A DNA stretch of 64,000 nt from an uncultured Nitrospiraceae bacterium (GTDB taxonomy: Bacteria; Nitrospirota; Nitrospiria; Nitrospirales; Nitrospiraceae), in assembly GCA_963706325.1 (NCBI GenBank), contig CAVPLT010000001.1:1056001-1120000 (forward strand), given 5' to 3'. This document shows, one piece after another, positions 17,412-27,328 of the stretch (its first letter is position 1; each line of letters begins with the position of its first letter). Under the pieces are notes generated by a model. It was not told the origin of the DNA. It saw only the letters and a program-made list of their open reading frames with translations, and searched no databases. A program made the position numbers and the translations under genes.

Positions 17412-18575
17412 ATGACTCAACCAAATTTTCTAAGTGCTGAGATCCAACCACGGCTGGAAGATCAGGCTCGGACTATGGCTACAGACAAGAAGGATGGGCA
17501 ACTGGTGCTTCCGCTCGAGGACCCCATCGCGGCACTCAATTTTTGTCGAGCATTGGCCGCGGCTATGCAATGCGACGCCCAACCCACGCAGGATCATGGG
17601 CAGGTCTCACAATTACATGTGATCTCAAAGGAGCAGGATGGTGCACGACCGCTCCCCCTGTTGTCGATCGTCATTCCAGTCTTTAATGAGGCTGATAATC
17701 TTCCCACTCTGCATACGCGTCTCACCGACGCGATGAATCGCTTGGGAGTCGACTATGAAATCGTGCTGGTTGACGATGGGAGCAAGGATCAGAGTCCTGA
17801 AATCCTGAAACGTCTGGAGGGTGAGGACTGCCGAATCGTCGTCATCGAGTTTGCGAGAAATTTTGGGCATCAAGTCGCCATCAGCGCCGGGCTTGAGCAT
17901 AGTCGGGGCCGCGCTGTCTGTATTATGGATGCCGATCTCCAGGATCCTCCGGAGGTGTTGCACATGTTCCTTGCCAAGTGGCAAGAAGGCTGGGAAGTGG
18001 TCTATGCCGTGCGCACCGATCGGAAGGAATGGTGGGGCAAGCGGCTCGCCTATGCCGCGTTCTACCGCTTGCTCCAACGGATCGCCAATATCGAGATTCC
18101 TTTGGATGCCGGCGATTTTTGCGTCATGGATCGCCGGGTAGTGGATGAGCTGGTTGGGATGCCGGAACGTAATCGATTCGTCAGGGGTATCCGAAGCTGG
18201 GTGGGCTTCAGGCAGATCGGCGTCCGCTACGAGCGCCAGGCTCGCCATGCCGGCAGTCCCAAATATACGTTTCGGAAGCTGCTCTACCTGGCGCTTGATG
18301 GGCTCGTCTCATTCAGCCACATGCCGCTGCGGATTATCACGATTCTTGGTTTTGCCGTGTCTGCGCTATCGTTCATGGTCGCGATGTTTTATGTCATCAA
18401 GAAGATAACGCTGGGAATCGATGCTCCTGGCTTCACCACCCTCGTCGTCTCGATCTTCTTTCTCGCGGGTATTCAGTTGATGACCATCGGGGTCATCGGC
18501 GAATACATCGGCCGGATTTCAGACGAAGTGAAACACCGTCCGTTGTATGTGGCCCGTCGCGTGACCAGGAGATAG
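17412..18575 (+). CDS. GT2 polyprenol-phosphate glycosyltransferase (GtrB/ArnC-like)
   Basis: SIVIPVFNE, VDDGSKD, RNFGHQ, MDADLQDPPE and GDF motifs; two C-terminal TMs ending IGEYIGRI. Confidence 0.92.
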   Translation: MTQPNFLSAEIQPRLEDQARTMATDKKDGQLVLPLEDPIAALNFCRALAAAMQCDAQPTQDHGQVSQLHVISKEQDGARPLPLLSIVIPVFNEADNLPTLHTRLTDAMNRLGVDYEIVLVDDGSKDQSPEILKRLEGEDCRIVVIEFARNFGHQVAISAGLEHSRGRAVCIMDADLQDPPEVLHMFLAKWQEGWEVVYAVRTDRKEWWGKRLAYAAFYRLLQRIANIEIPLDAGDFCVMDRRVVDELVGMPERNRFVRGIRSWVGFRQIGVRYERQARHAGSPKYTFRKLLYLALDGLVSFSHMPLRIITILGFAVSALSFMVAMFYVIKKITLGIDAPGFTTLVVSIFFLAGIQLMTIGVIGEYIGRISDEVKHRPLYVARRVTRR

Positions 18576-18580
18576 CCATC

Positions 18581-19804
18581 ATTCGTATCCTCATGTTCGA
18601 TAACGAATTCCCTCCGCTCGGGGGCGGCACCGGAGTGGTCAACTATTACCTGTTGCAGGAAATGGCACGGTCCCAGGATGTCACGGTGGATTTGGTGACG
18701 TCGTCGCGCAGCGGGACCGCCTATGAAACCGAACGGTTCGCTGACCGCATCACGATCTATAAGGTACCGGTCGACAACCGCAACATTCACCATGCGAGCA
18801 ACTTGGAATTGCTCCGGTACAGCTGGCGCGGCCTGCGCATGGCGCGGCGATTGTTGAAGCAACATCGGTATGACGTGAGTTTTGCCTTCGCCGGGGTGCC
18901 CGCCGGAGCGCTCAGCTATGTCTTGTCCTTGACCCACGGCCTGCCCTATGTGCTGTCGCTGCAGGGGCCCGATGTGCCGGGGTTTGAGGCGCGCTACAAC
19001 TACCTCTACCCTGTGTTGACGCCCCTGATAAAAAAGATCTGGCGGCGAGCGAGTGCTGTGACTGCCATCAGCGCCGAACAGGTGCTGTTGGCGCATCGGA
19101 CGATACCAGACCTGCCGCTGGTGACAATCCCCAACGGAGTCGAGACGAAATTATTTGCGCCCCCTTCCGACGAGGCGAAGCGGCCGTTCACAATCATCTG
19201 TGTGGCCCGCTTGATCGAACGCAAAGGGCAGCATCATCTATTGCGGGCCTTGGCACAGGTACGGGTGAACTGTGCGCATCCAGTGCGGCTGATATTTGTC
19301 GGGACCGGCGACGCCGAGGCGCAGTTGAGGGAATTAGCTGACAGCCTGCAGGTGGCGGATGCCGTGACCTTTAAGGGGTTCGTGTCGCGTGAACAGATGC
19401 CCCCCCTGTACCGAGAGGCGGATGTCTTTGTCTTGCCGTCTCAGCAGGAAGGCATGTCGATCGCGCTTCTCGAAGCAATGGCTTCGGGATTGCCGGTCAT
19501 TGTAACCGAAACGGGAGGCACCGCCGAATTGGTTACGCAGGGGCAGAACGGCGAGATCGTTCCGTGGAGCGATGTTCCGGCCCTGACCCAAGCGTTACAT
19601 AACATGCTGAATACAGAAAATGCCCGTCATCAGATGGGTGTCGAGAGTCGGCGAAGAGCGCTGCAGTTCGGTTGGCAGGTCTTGGCGGCACGCTACATCG
19701 AGTTGTGCGAGCGGGTGATGCTTCCGTCGGCGGAGAGCCAGCGGACGATCGGTCGCTCACGGCTCGATGTCCGAGATGATCTGCTCAAGGAACCTCGGGT
19801 ATGA
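18581..19804 (+). CDS. GT4 glycosyltransferase (first ATG 18593; probable real start ATT 18581)
   Basis: (I)RILMFDNEFPPLGGG, IPNGV, ARLIERKG and EGMSIALLEAMASGLPVI motifs. Confidence 0.9.
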   Translation: MRILMFDNEFPPLGGGTGVVNYYLLQEMARSQDVTVDLVTSSRSGTAYETERFADRITIYKVPVDNRNIHHASNLELLRYSWRGLRMARRLLKQHRYDVSFAFAGVPAGALSYVLSLTHGLPYVLSLQGPDVPGFEARYNYLYPVLTPLIKKIWRRASAVTAISAEQVLLAHRTIPDLPLVTIPNGVETKLFAPPSDEAKRPFTIICVARLIERKGQHHLLRALAQVRVNCAHPVRLIFVGTGDAEAQLRELADSLQVADAVTFKGFVSREQMPPLYREADVFVLPSQQEGMSIALLEAMASGLPVIVTETGGTAELVTQGQNGEIVPWSDVPALTQALHNMLNTENARHQMGVESRRRALQFGWQVLAARYIELCERVMLPSAESQRTIGRSRLDVRDDLLKEPRV

Positions 19805-20910
19805 CAAAGCAGCCGCATGTCTGTATTCTGACCAGTCAGTATTTCGATTGGGGCATTTATGGCGGGTTCGGCAGCATGTCGCGCAAGCTGGCTGAAAGCC
19901 TGGTGGGGATCGGCTATCGAGTCAGCGTCATCGTTCCCGGGCGCCAAGGCCAGAAGCCGGTCGAGACGATCGGGGGAGTCGAGATTCAGAGCTTCTCGCC
20001 GCGCCACGTGCTCGAGGCTTGCCGGATCATCCGAGCCTCACGAGCCGATATTTTTCACTCGCAAGACCCCACCGTCCTGACCTACCTGGCGCAGCGCCTC
20101 CATCCACGTCGCACGCATCTCGTCACGAGTCGAGACCCCAGAGAACTGCATGACTGGTGGATCGAATTTCTCTATGCTACCCCGATGCGTCGCCTCCTGA
20201 CGCCGTTCAATTACTTGACCGAATCGGGTCTGTTCGTCAGGCAAGCCGTGCGTCGGGCCGATGGTGTCTTTTGCCCGGCACATTTTCTGAAGGAAAAAGT
20301 GAAACGATTATATGCCCTCTCGACGCTGCCGACCTTGCTGCCGAATCTCATTGATGTGCCCACGGTCCTGCCGCAGAAAAGTGAACGTCCCACCATGACG
20401 TTTGTAGCTCGATGGGACAAGCGTAAGCGGCCATGGATTTTTTTGGAATTGGCCAGACAGTTTCCTGACTATCGGTTTGTGGCGGTGGGACAGGGCAGCG
20501 CATCCGCCGAATTCGGATTCGACGCCGAGTTGCGTCTTCGTTTTCGTGACGTGCCGAATCTGGAAATGCCGGGCCTCATCAATCGTTTTCGCGAGCCGGA
20601 GCGCATGCACCAGATCTTGTCAGACACATGGATCTTCGTGAGTACGGCGGTGCGCGAGGGGCTTCCCTTGACCTTTCTCGAAGCGGCGGCCTATGGATGC
20701 CCCATTATCAGTCGTGTCGATCCCGATCAATTCGCCACGAAGTTCGGCAAACAAGTGCATGACGACGACTATCCCTCCGCCATTCGAAGTCTCCTCGCGG
20801 ACGCGCCGCTGGAGAAAGGGCGGGCCGCCTATAACTATGTGCGGGACACCTACGAAACGTCCAAGGCCTTAGAGGCCCATCGGCAACAATATGAGGGCTT
20901 TGCTGCCTGA
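19801..20910 (+). CDS. GT4 glycosyltransferase
   Basis: YGGFG, ARWDKRKRP and REGLPLTFLEAAAYGCPII motifs. Confidence 0.85.
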   Translation: MTKQPHVCILTSQYFDWGIYGGFGSMSRKLAESLVGIGYRVSVIVPGRQGQKPVETIGGVEIQSFSPRHVLEACRIIRASRADIFHSQDPTVLTYLAQRLHPRRTHLVTSRDPRELHDWWIEFLYATPMRRLLTPFNYLTESGLFVRQAVRRADGVFCPAHFLKEKVKRLYALSTLPTLLPNLIDVPTVLPQKSERPTMTFVARWDKRKRPWIFLELARQFPDYRFVAVGQGSASAEFGFDAELRLRFRDVPNLEMPGLINRFREPERMHQILSDTWIFVSTAVREGLPLTFLEAAAYGCPIISRVDPDQFATKFGKQVHDDDYPSAIRSLLADAPLEKGRAAYNYVRDTYETSKALEAHRQQYEGFAA

Positions 20911-20970
20911 CTCGCCCAAAGGTCGCTGCGCCAGCTGAAACAACGGCCTATTGAGGTGGTAGATACTTGC

Positions 20971-22512
20971 ATGTCTTCTAAGGCCGTCTCGAAGGGGATC
21001 GTCTCAGTCGGAAGTTGGTCGGTCGCGAAATTGGCGACGGCCGCCGTGGTGCTGCCGATCTTGGCGCGTCTTCTCGGTATCGAGGGGTATGGGCAATATG
21101 CCTACTATCTCGCCGTTCTCCTCCTCGCTTCCCAATTTGCCAATGTCGGCATGATGCAGACCATGACCAAACGTGTCGCGGAGCGACCGGATGATCTTGC
21201 CTGGTGCCGAGCGGTGGCGCAGGCGGGCGCCCTCATCAATGGAATGGGCGTGGCTATCGTCGGCCTCTTGGTGGGCCTGATCCTGGTCAGCACTGGGCCA
21301 CAAGGGACGGCTGCCGTTGTGACCGCCTGCGTTGTCGTGGGTGTGTTGCTATTCGATCAAGTGTGGTTTTATGCGCGCGGGATTTTGTTCGGGCTCCGAC
21401 GCGAGGAACGCGCGGCGATACCCGGTATCATCGGCGTCGTGACGGCGGGCGCCCTCGGCGTGACGTTCGCGATAAGCGGTATGGGAGTGGTCGGCGCTTT
21501 GATGGGGCTGCTAGTGGCGGACATCTTTGTTGCGGTGGTGTGTCTCCGGTCGGTCATGCATGTGCTCCAGGGAGCAGAGCGCGCCCAGTCGGCTCCCGTG
21601 ATACCTCTGCCGACACAAGAGTTGCTGCGATTTGGCCTGGCCGCCATGGTCTTCTCGGTGTTGAACATGGCCCTCTGTGCACTCGATGTGATTCTAGTTC
21701 GCCATTTGGCTGGTGGAGCGCAAGCCGGGCTCTATGCGGCGGCCGTCCAGTGGTCGCAGTTCGTGTGGTTTATCCCGATTGCGGTAGAGGGCGTCATGCT
21801 TCAGTCGACGGCTCGTTTATGGGCCGAACGGCGGGTAGGGGACGTGAGCAGTCTAGTGAGTCGGCTCCTGCGGTATGTGATGTTGGGCACCGCCTTCTTG
21901 CTTCTGATTGTGTTTGCGTTAGGCGATCAGATTGTCATTCTCTATTTCGGACCACAATTCGCCGAGGCTGCCTTGGCATTGCGGTTGCTGGTGCCTGGCG
22001 CGTTCTGTTATGCGATGGCGCGTGTGTTGTGGCCGGTGATTCAAGCCGGAGGCGACGGAGCACATCTCATCCGGGTGATGGGGCCGACGGTGCTGGTGGA
22101 TGTCGGATTATGCTGGGTTTTGGTCCCGAGGTGGGGAGCGGCGGGCGCGGCGCTGGCCACCTCAGCATCCTTTGCGCTGGTGGCGGTCGGGTATGCCTGG
22201 GTGTTGCGCCGTCGGGAGGTCCATATCTTCGAGAGCTGGGCCATTTCTAAGCTAGTGGGTCTTCTGGCAGGAGCAGGGGTGGCTGCCGCGGGTGGCGCTG
22301 CAATGATCGATGCGCCGATTCTATCAGTGATGGTGGGGAGCGCGGTCGGTGCGTTGGTGTATTGGAGCGGCATCTTTTGGCTTGGGCTCCTGCAGGTCGA
22401 GGAAGTCGAACAATTGGTACACAGTCTGCCGGGGGTCTTGCGGCAGACGGGAGTGAAAGTGTTTCGCTGGCTGGAACCGGCGCTGCTAAAGCTTAGACCA
22501 ACGGCATTATAG
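20971..22512 (+). CDS. Oligosaccharide flippase (Wzx/MOP family)
   Basis: About 14 TM; LARLLG.EGYG.Y, D..LV.HL.G..AGLY and LVPRWGAAGAALAT patterns. Confidence 0.85.
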   Translation: MSSKAVSKGIVSVGSWSVAKLATAAVVLPILARLLGIEGYGQYAYYLAVLLLASQFANVGMMQTMTKRVAERPDDLAWCRAVAQAGALINGMGVAIVGLLVGLILVSTGPQGTAAVVTACVVVGVLLFDQVWFYARGILFGLRREERAAIPGIIGVVTAGALGVTFAISGMGVVGALMGLLVADIFVAVVCLRSVMHVLQGAERAQSAPVIPLPTQELLRFGLAAMVFSVLNMALCALDVILVRHLAGGAQAGLYAAAVQWSQFVWFIPIAVEGVMLQSTARLWAERRVGDVSSLVSRLLRYVMLGTAFLLLIVFALGDQIVILYFGPQFAEAALALRLLVPGAFCYAMARVLWPVIQAGGDGAHLIRVMGPTVLVDVGLCWVLVPRWGAAGAALATSASFALVAVGYAWVLRRREVHIFESWAISKLVGLLAGAGVAAAGGAAMIDAPILSVMVGSAVGALVYWSGIFWLGLLQVEEVEQLVHSLPGVLRQTGVKVFRWLEPALLKLRPTAL

Positions 22513-22532
22513 TAGAGGCTGAGTTTCGCATC

Positions 22533-23441
22533 TTGCCTATCGATCAACACAGAATATCGGTTGTCATCCCGACTCTTGGACGAGACACTTTGGCCTTGTG
22601 TCAGGCGGCCTTGGCAAAGCAGACCAGGCAGCCGGAGGAAGTGATCGTTGTGGTCGACCAGTATCGACGCGGGGCGGCCTGGGCCAGAAATGAAGGGATC
22701 GCCAGATCGTCCGGCGATCTGATTGCGTTTGCCGATGACGATGGCATTCCGCCCCCCGATTGGCTGGAACGGTTAGTCGACGCGCTGGATCGTCACCAAG
22801 CAGCTGTCGTGGGAGGCACGTTTCAGGAGACGGATCCGCTCTTGGACGCGATTCGTCGTCGTACACGCTTACCAGATCACGAGCAGGTCGACCGAGGAGG
22901 CCTGGTCGGCAACGGCGGCAACATGCTGGTCAACCGGGACTGGTTGAACATCTGCATGCGAGAGGACGGATATGCCTTCAATCCATCTTTCCCGGGATCC
23001 GGCGAGGATTGGGAACTTGTATGGCGACTGCGAAAACGCGGAGCCAAATTGGTCTATGTGCCCCAACCGATCACCCATTTGCGCCGGGCGACGGCAGTAC
23101 AACACCTTCGCCATTCGTTCCACCGGGGGATTGGCATCGCAAATCTATTTCGTCTCATGCGAATGGATGAGAGCGGCGTCATTCCTCAAGATAGTCTGCT
23201 ATGGGGCCAGGCAGGCAAGAAAACCCATCCGCGATGGTTCAAAGCTCTGTGGGAGAAACTACTCGGCCCGTTTGAATGGAGACGATTTCAGCAGATGCGG
23301 CATTTTGGGCTGTTTTGGCTTGGCGAGAAGTGTCAGGCTGCCGGGTTTCTCTGGGGGCTATGGAGAGGAGCGATGAGGGAAGAAGGTGCGCCCGGCGCAG
23401 TCAGAACATCCGATCCTCATACGGTGGAATCCAAATCATGA
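22533..23441 (+). CDS. GT2 glycosyltransferase
   Basis: SVVIPTLGR, GAAWARNEG, AFADDD and GEDWEL..RL motifs. Confidence 0.85.
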   Translation: MPIDQHRISVVIPTLGRDTLALCQAALAKQTRQPEEVIVVVDQYRRGAAWARNEGIARSSGDLIAFADDDGIPPPDWLERLVDALDRHQAAVVGGTFQETDPLLDAIRRRTRLPDHEQVDRGGLVGNGGNMLVNRDWLNICMREDGYAFNPSFPGSGEDWELVWRLRKRGAKLVYVPQPITHLRRATAVQHLRHSFHRGIGIANLFRLMRMDESGVIPQDSLLWGQAGKKTHPRWFKALWEKLLGPFEWRRFQQMRHFGLFWLGEKCQAAGFLWGLWRGAMREEGAPGAVRTSDPHTVESKS

Positions 23442-24772
23442 GTGACGTGTCTCTGCGTACGAAGGCCTGGTTCGGGGATGACATTCTCGCGATTGACTTT
23501 CCACCCTCCTGGAAAGTCGTCGAAGTTGGCCCTTCGGATACACCGGCCTTGACGCTACGGGCAATGCAGGAGGCGTTGGGTCGGCCGATCGGCACGCCGC
23601 GGCTCTCGGCAATCGCAAAAGGCAAAACCAAGGCCGTCATCGTGGTCGACGATCTCACTCGCCCCACACCCGCTGCCGATCTGCTTCCGTCGCTTGTCGA
23701 AGAAGTGACTCGTGCAGGCATTCCGCCTCGCGCGATCACGATCATGCTCGCGGGTGGCACGCATCCTCCGGCATCCGCGGAAGAGATGACGAAAAAGGTG
23801 GGCTCAGTGCTTTCGCCTGAAATCAGGGTCATGGCGCATGACAGTGGTGGTGATCTGGTGGATCTCGGCCTGTCTCCAGGCGGCCTGCCGCTTCAACTCA
23901 ACCGTACTGTGATGGAGTGCGATCTCAAGATCGGAGTGGGATGCATTTACCCCCATCCGATCGCCGGGTTTTCAGGCGGAGCGAAGATCATTCTGCCGGC
24001 GGTCTGCGGCGTCGACACGACGAGGATGATGCATGACTATCTGCGAGGGTCCCGCGAGCGTGGAGGCTCGATCCATACCGAGTTGCGCCGGGACATGATC
24101 GCCGTAGCTCGAAAAGTAGGACTCGACTTCATCGCAAATGTCACGCTGAACCACCGACGCGCGATCAACGGCCTCTTTGTGGGCGATGTTGTGCAGGCGC
24201 ATGAGGAAGGTGTCCGTTCGGCACAGCGGATGTACGGGGTGTCCGTACTGCCTGACGCCGATGTGGTGGTGGCCGACATGTACCCCTTCGATACCAGCTG
24301 GCAATTCGCTCAGGACCGTGGCATGTGGCCCATTGAACGGGCCAAGACGGGTGCGTCTCGAGTGGTGATTGCCGCCTGTCCCCTCGGATTGGGTACCCAT
24401 GAGTTATTTCCGGTGGCCAGTCCTCTCTGGTCGCGTATCGCCCGGCGCCTCACGCACCTTCGGTTGGCCGATCTGGAGCGACCATGGGAAAAAGTAAGGA
24501 CGGTGGTCAAGCTGCTGCAGCAGAAACAGCAGCACATGATGGCTCTTTCTCCTGGCTTGAAGCCGCATGATTTAACGGCCATGTTTCCTCATGCCCAATG
24601 GTATGGAGAGTGGGCGACGCTGAAGGCCGCCTTGCTGGCGCGGCACGGCGAGGGACACGTGACCGTGGCGGTCTACCGTTGTGCTCCGTTTCTCATTCCG
24701 AGCGGAGCGCTCGAGCCGCAAGCCATCAAGGCAGGCAGTCGCCATCCCCAACGACTGACTGCCTCGACATGA
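23438..24772 (+). CDS. LarA (lactate racemase) superfamily racemase/epimerase
   Basis: PIGTP.L, DDLTRPTP, GGTH and HPIAGFSGGAK..LP motifs; ATGA overlaps upstream GT2. Confidence 0.85.
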   Translation: MSDVSLRTKAWFGDDILAIDFPPSWKVVEVGPSDTPALTLRAMQEALGRPIGTPRLSAIAKGKTKAVIVVDDLTRPTPAADLLPSLVEEVTRAGIPPRAITIMLAGGTHPPASAEEMTKKVGSVLSPEIRVMAHDSGGDLVDLGLSPGGLPLQLNRTVMECDLKIGVGCIYPHPIAGFSGGAKIILPAVCGVDTTRMMHDYLRGSRERGGSIHTELRRDMIAVARKVGLDFIANVTLNHRRAINGLFVGDVVQAHEEGVRSAQRMYGVSVLPDADVVVADMYPFDTSWQFAQDRGMWPIERAKTGASRVVIAACPLGLGTHELFPVASPLWSRIARRLTHLRLADLERPWEKVRTVVKLLQQKQQHMMALSPGLKPHDLTAMFPHAQWYGEWATLKAALLARHGEGHVTVAVYRCAPFLIPSGALEPQAIKAGSRHPQRLTAST

Positions 24773-24785
24773 GTGGTGAGTTACC

Positions 24786-25658
24786 ATGAATCGCGGCATC
24801 TGGCTTTGGTTGGAAGTGGCCTTCGATACGCTGATGTTTGCGCCCTATCTGTTGCGGGGGAATTTTTCGTCACGCAGAAAAGTCGGCATCCTGCTGACTT
24901 ACTTCCGCCTGAGTCTCAGGCTGCTACTGATCCATCCGTTCCGCCCCCTTACAGAGGAGAAGGTCTTCGGATTCACCATCCGCTGTTTCAACTATCGGAC
25001 CATGCATCTGCTGTTCAGAGTTATTCTCTTGCGCAATGAATATTATTTTAAGACGTCCAAAGCGCGACCGGTCATTTTCGATTGTGGCGCCAACATTGGC
25101 CTGGCGACTCTCTTTTTCAAGTGGTTGTACCCTCAAGCTGTGATCTATGCGTTCGAGCCGGACATCGATACGTTTGCCCTGTTGAAGCGCAATGTTGAGG
25201 CCAACAGTCTGACGGCGGTGCATCTCTACAATGTGGCGTTATCCGATAAGGCAGGCACGGCCGAATTTCATGTGGATCACGCGAATCCAGGATCCTTGCG
25301 GATGAGTCTGAATTACCAGCGCATGCCAAAAGACACTATTACGGTCGAGACTCTGGCACTTTCAGAGTTGATTCGCAGAGAGTTGCCGGAAACCGACATC
25401 GATTTTCTCAAGCTCGACGTCGAAGGGGCGGAGGATGCAGTGCTACGGGATCTCGCGAGCACGGGCCGACTGAAGGCGATACGGGAAATGTTGATCGAGT
25501 TCCACCACAAAATCGGCGGCGAGCGAGCAAAATTAGGGCATTTTCTAGGCACGCTCGAGACGCAGGGTTTTGACTATCAAGTCGATGCGGTGTGCATGCC
25601 GCTCTATGCTCCCGGCCGGTTTCAAAACATCATGCTGTATGTCTATCGAGCCGCGTGA
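24786..25658 (+). CDS. FkbM family methyltransferase
   Basis: DCGANIG, YAFEPD, NVALSD and LKLDVEGAE motifs. Confidence 0.92.
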   Translation: MNRGIWLWLEVAFDTLMFAPYLLRGNFSSRRKVGILLTYFRLSLRLLLIHPFRPLTEEKVFGFTIRCFNYRTMHLLFRVILLRNEYYFKTSKARPVIFDCGANIGLATLFFKWLYPQAVIYAFEPDIDTFALLKRNVEANSLTAVHLYNVALSDKAGTAEFHVDHANPGSLRMSLNYQRMPKDTITVETLALSELIRRELPETDIDFLKLDVEGAEDAVLRDLASTGRLKAIREMLIEFHHKIGGERAKLGHFLGTLETQGFDYQVDAVCMPLYAPGRFQNIMLYVYRAA

Positions 25659-25711
25659 CCTGCTGCCGCTTGATCGTGACCTGACATTGGTTTTCCTGAA
25701 ATTTTTTCTCT

Positions 25712-27292
25712 ATGGCAATGCTTGTCGCGACAGGTTCACTCAAACTCATCAGCCGGATCGAACGCGCCTCCGCTAGGACGGACCGCGTCGTAGCCGGGGT
25801 TCTTTTTCTGATCGTGTTGGGAAGCGGCCTCGTTCATCTCGAAAGCTTTCCCCCGCTCTGGTTCGATGAAGGGTGGACGGTCTGTGTCGCGCGCACGTGG
25901 GTCGAGATGGGGCACTACGGTTGTCTGCTCCGTGGCGAACCGGCCGCCCCGGTGCTGTCGGCCCATTTTCCCGTGGTCGCCTCGGTGGCCGCAAGTTTCA
26001 AGCTCTTTGGTATCGGTATCTGGCAGGCGAGAGTGGTCGGCTTGCTCTATACGTTCGGCGCCTTCCTCCTTCTCTATACAATCGCGCGACGACTCTTCAG
26101 TCGGCCTGTGGCCATCGTGGCGCTCGGGCTCCTGATTCTCGTTCCAGTGAAATGGTCGATCCATCCCCTCTTTATAGGACGTCAGGTGTTGGGCGAGATG
26201 CCCATGTTATGTTTCCTTCTGGCCGGGTACGCCTGCCTGCTGCGGATCGATGATGGTCGACGTTGGCTTGCTGCGGCGATCGCCTGCTGGAGTCTGGCGT
26301 GGATGACCAAGTCTCAACTGGCCCCGTTCTTCATTGCTTCTCTGGCAGGGACGGCAGCGTTGGTTGGCCTCCGTGGGGACTGGTCCACCGCTCGTCAGCT
26401 GGGGCTGCTCTTGGGTGGCTCGTGGGGCGGGTACCGGCTCCTGGTAGTGGCGAAGGAATTGGTGTTAGCGGGTCATACAGTCCCGAATCCCCCTGCAAGT
26501 GGAATGACGGAAGCGATCGCTCTGGTCTTCGTGCCGTCGATTCGCCTGGAGACGATTCAATACATGGTGGCGTTCTGGCCGGAATATACGATTGGCTTGG
26601 GTTATGCGGCCTGGGGTCTGTGGCGTTCTTGCCCTGCGCACGGGCGGCGGCCGTTCGAACAGACCGTCCGCACTATGCTCCTGTTGTTGGCAACCAGCTG
26701 GCTGGCGTGGTTTGCCCTGCTCTGTGCGGGCGAGACGCGATATGCCTTCCCTGGCCTGTTCGTTGCCGCTCCATTCACTGCGGCTCTATTCTGCGAGCTC
26801 ACCAAAGGATTCGACGCCGCATTTGTGCGAGACGTCCTGTCGGCACTCGTGCGAACCGGACACGTCACCAGAGATGGGGTAAAAGTCGTATTGACCGTCG
26901 CACTCCTTTTCGTGATGGGCTGGGTCGTCGTGCAGGAGCGGTATGCGTTTCGTGCGCGAGAGGATGCGCGCGACCTAAATGATGTGATCGCCTATCTGCA
27001 TGCTGCCACACCGGCGACCGCGCTGATTGAGACGTACGACAGCGAGCTGTTTTTGTTTCTCAACCGCCGCTACACCTATGCTCCACCGCAGGCATTGGTC
27101 GAGGTGATTCTTCGGGAGCAAAAGATAAACCAGGCGGTCACCTACGATCCGTTGCTGGCGAAGCCCAATTACATGGTCGTCGGTGAGTATGGCCGCTGGG
27201 CGGGGTTCTACAAACCTCTGATCACGCAGCACCGTGTAAGGCTCGTGCAAGCTATCGGGCGCTACGAGATCTACGAACCGGTCGGATTCTAG
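25712..27292 (+). CDS. GT-C fold membrane glycosyltransferase (ArnT/PMT-like)
   Basis: First loop PPLWFDEG, FGIGIWQAR, multiple TMs, RY and a C-terminal extracytoplasmic domain. Confidence 0.75.
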   Translation: MAMLVATGSLKLISRIERASARTDRVVAGVLFLIVLGSGLVHLESFPPLWFDEGWTVCVARTWVEMGHYGCLLRGEPAAPVLSAHFPVVASVAASFKLFGIGIWQARVVGLLYTFGAFLLLYTIARRLFSRPVAIVALGLLILVPVKWSIHPLFIGRQVLGEMPMLCFLLAGYACLLRIDDGRRWLAAAIACWSLAWMTKSQLAPFFIASLAGTAALVGLRGDWSTARQLGLLLGGSWGGYRLLVVAKELVLAGHTVPNPPASGMTEAIALVFVPSIRLETIQYMVAFWPEYTIGLGYAAWGLWRSCPAHGRRPFEQTVRTMLLLLATSWLAWFALLCAGETRYAFPGLFVAAPFTAALFCELTKGFDAAFVRDVLSALVRTGHVTRDGVKVVLTVALLFVMGWVVVQERYAFRAREDARDLNDVIAYLHAATPATALIETYDSELFLFLNRRYTYAPPQALVEVILREQKINQAVTYDPLLAKPNYMVVGEYGRWAGFYKPLITQHRVRLVQAIGRYEIYEPVGF

Positions 27293-27328
27293 TAGCCGAT
27301 CCAAACGCGCGTTGCCCTCGCCGATTCC

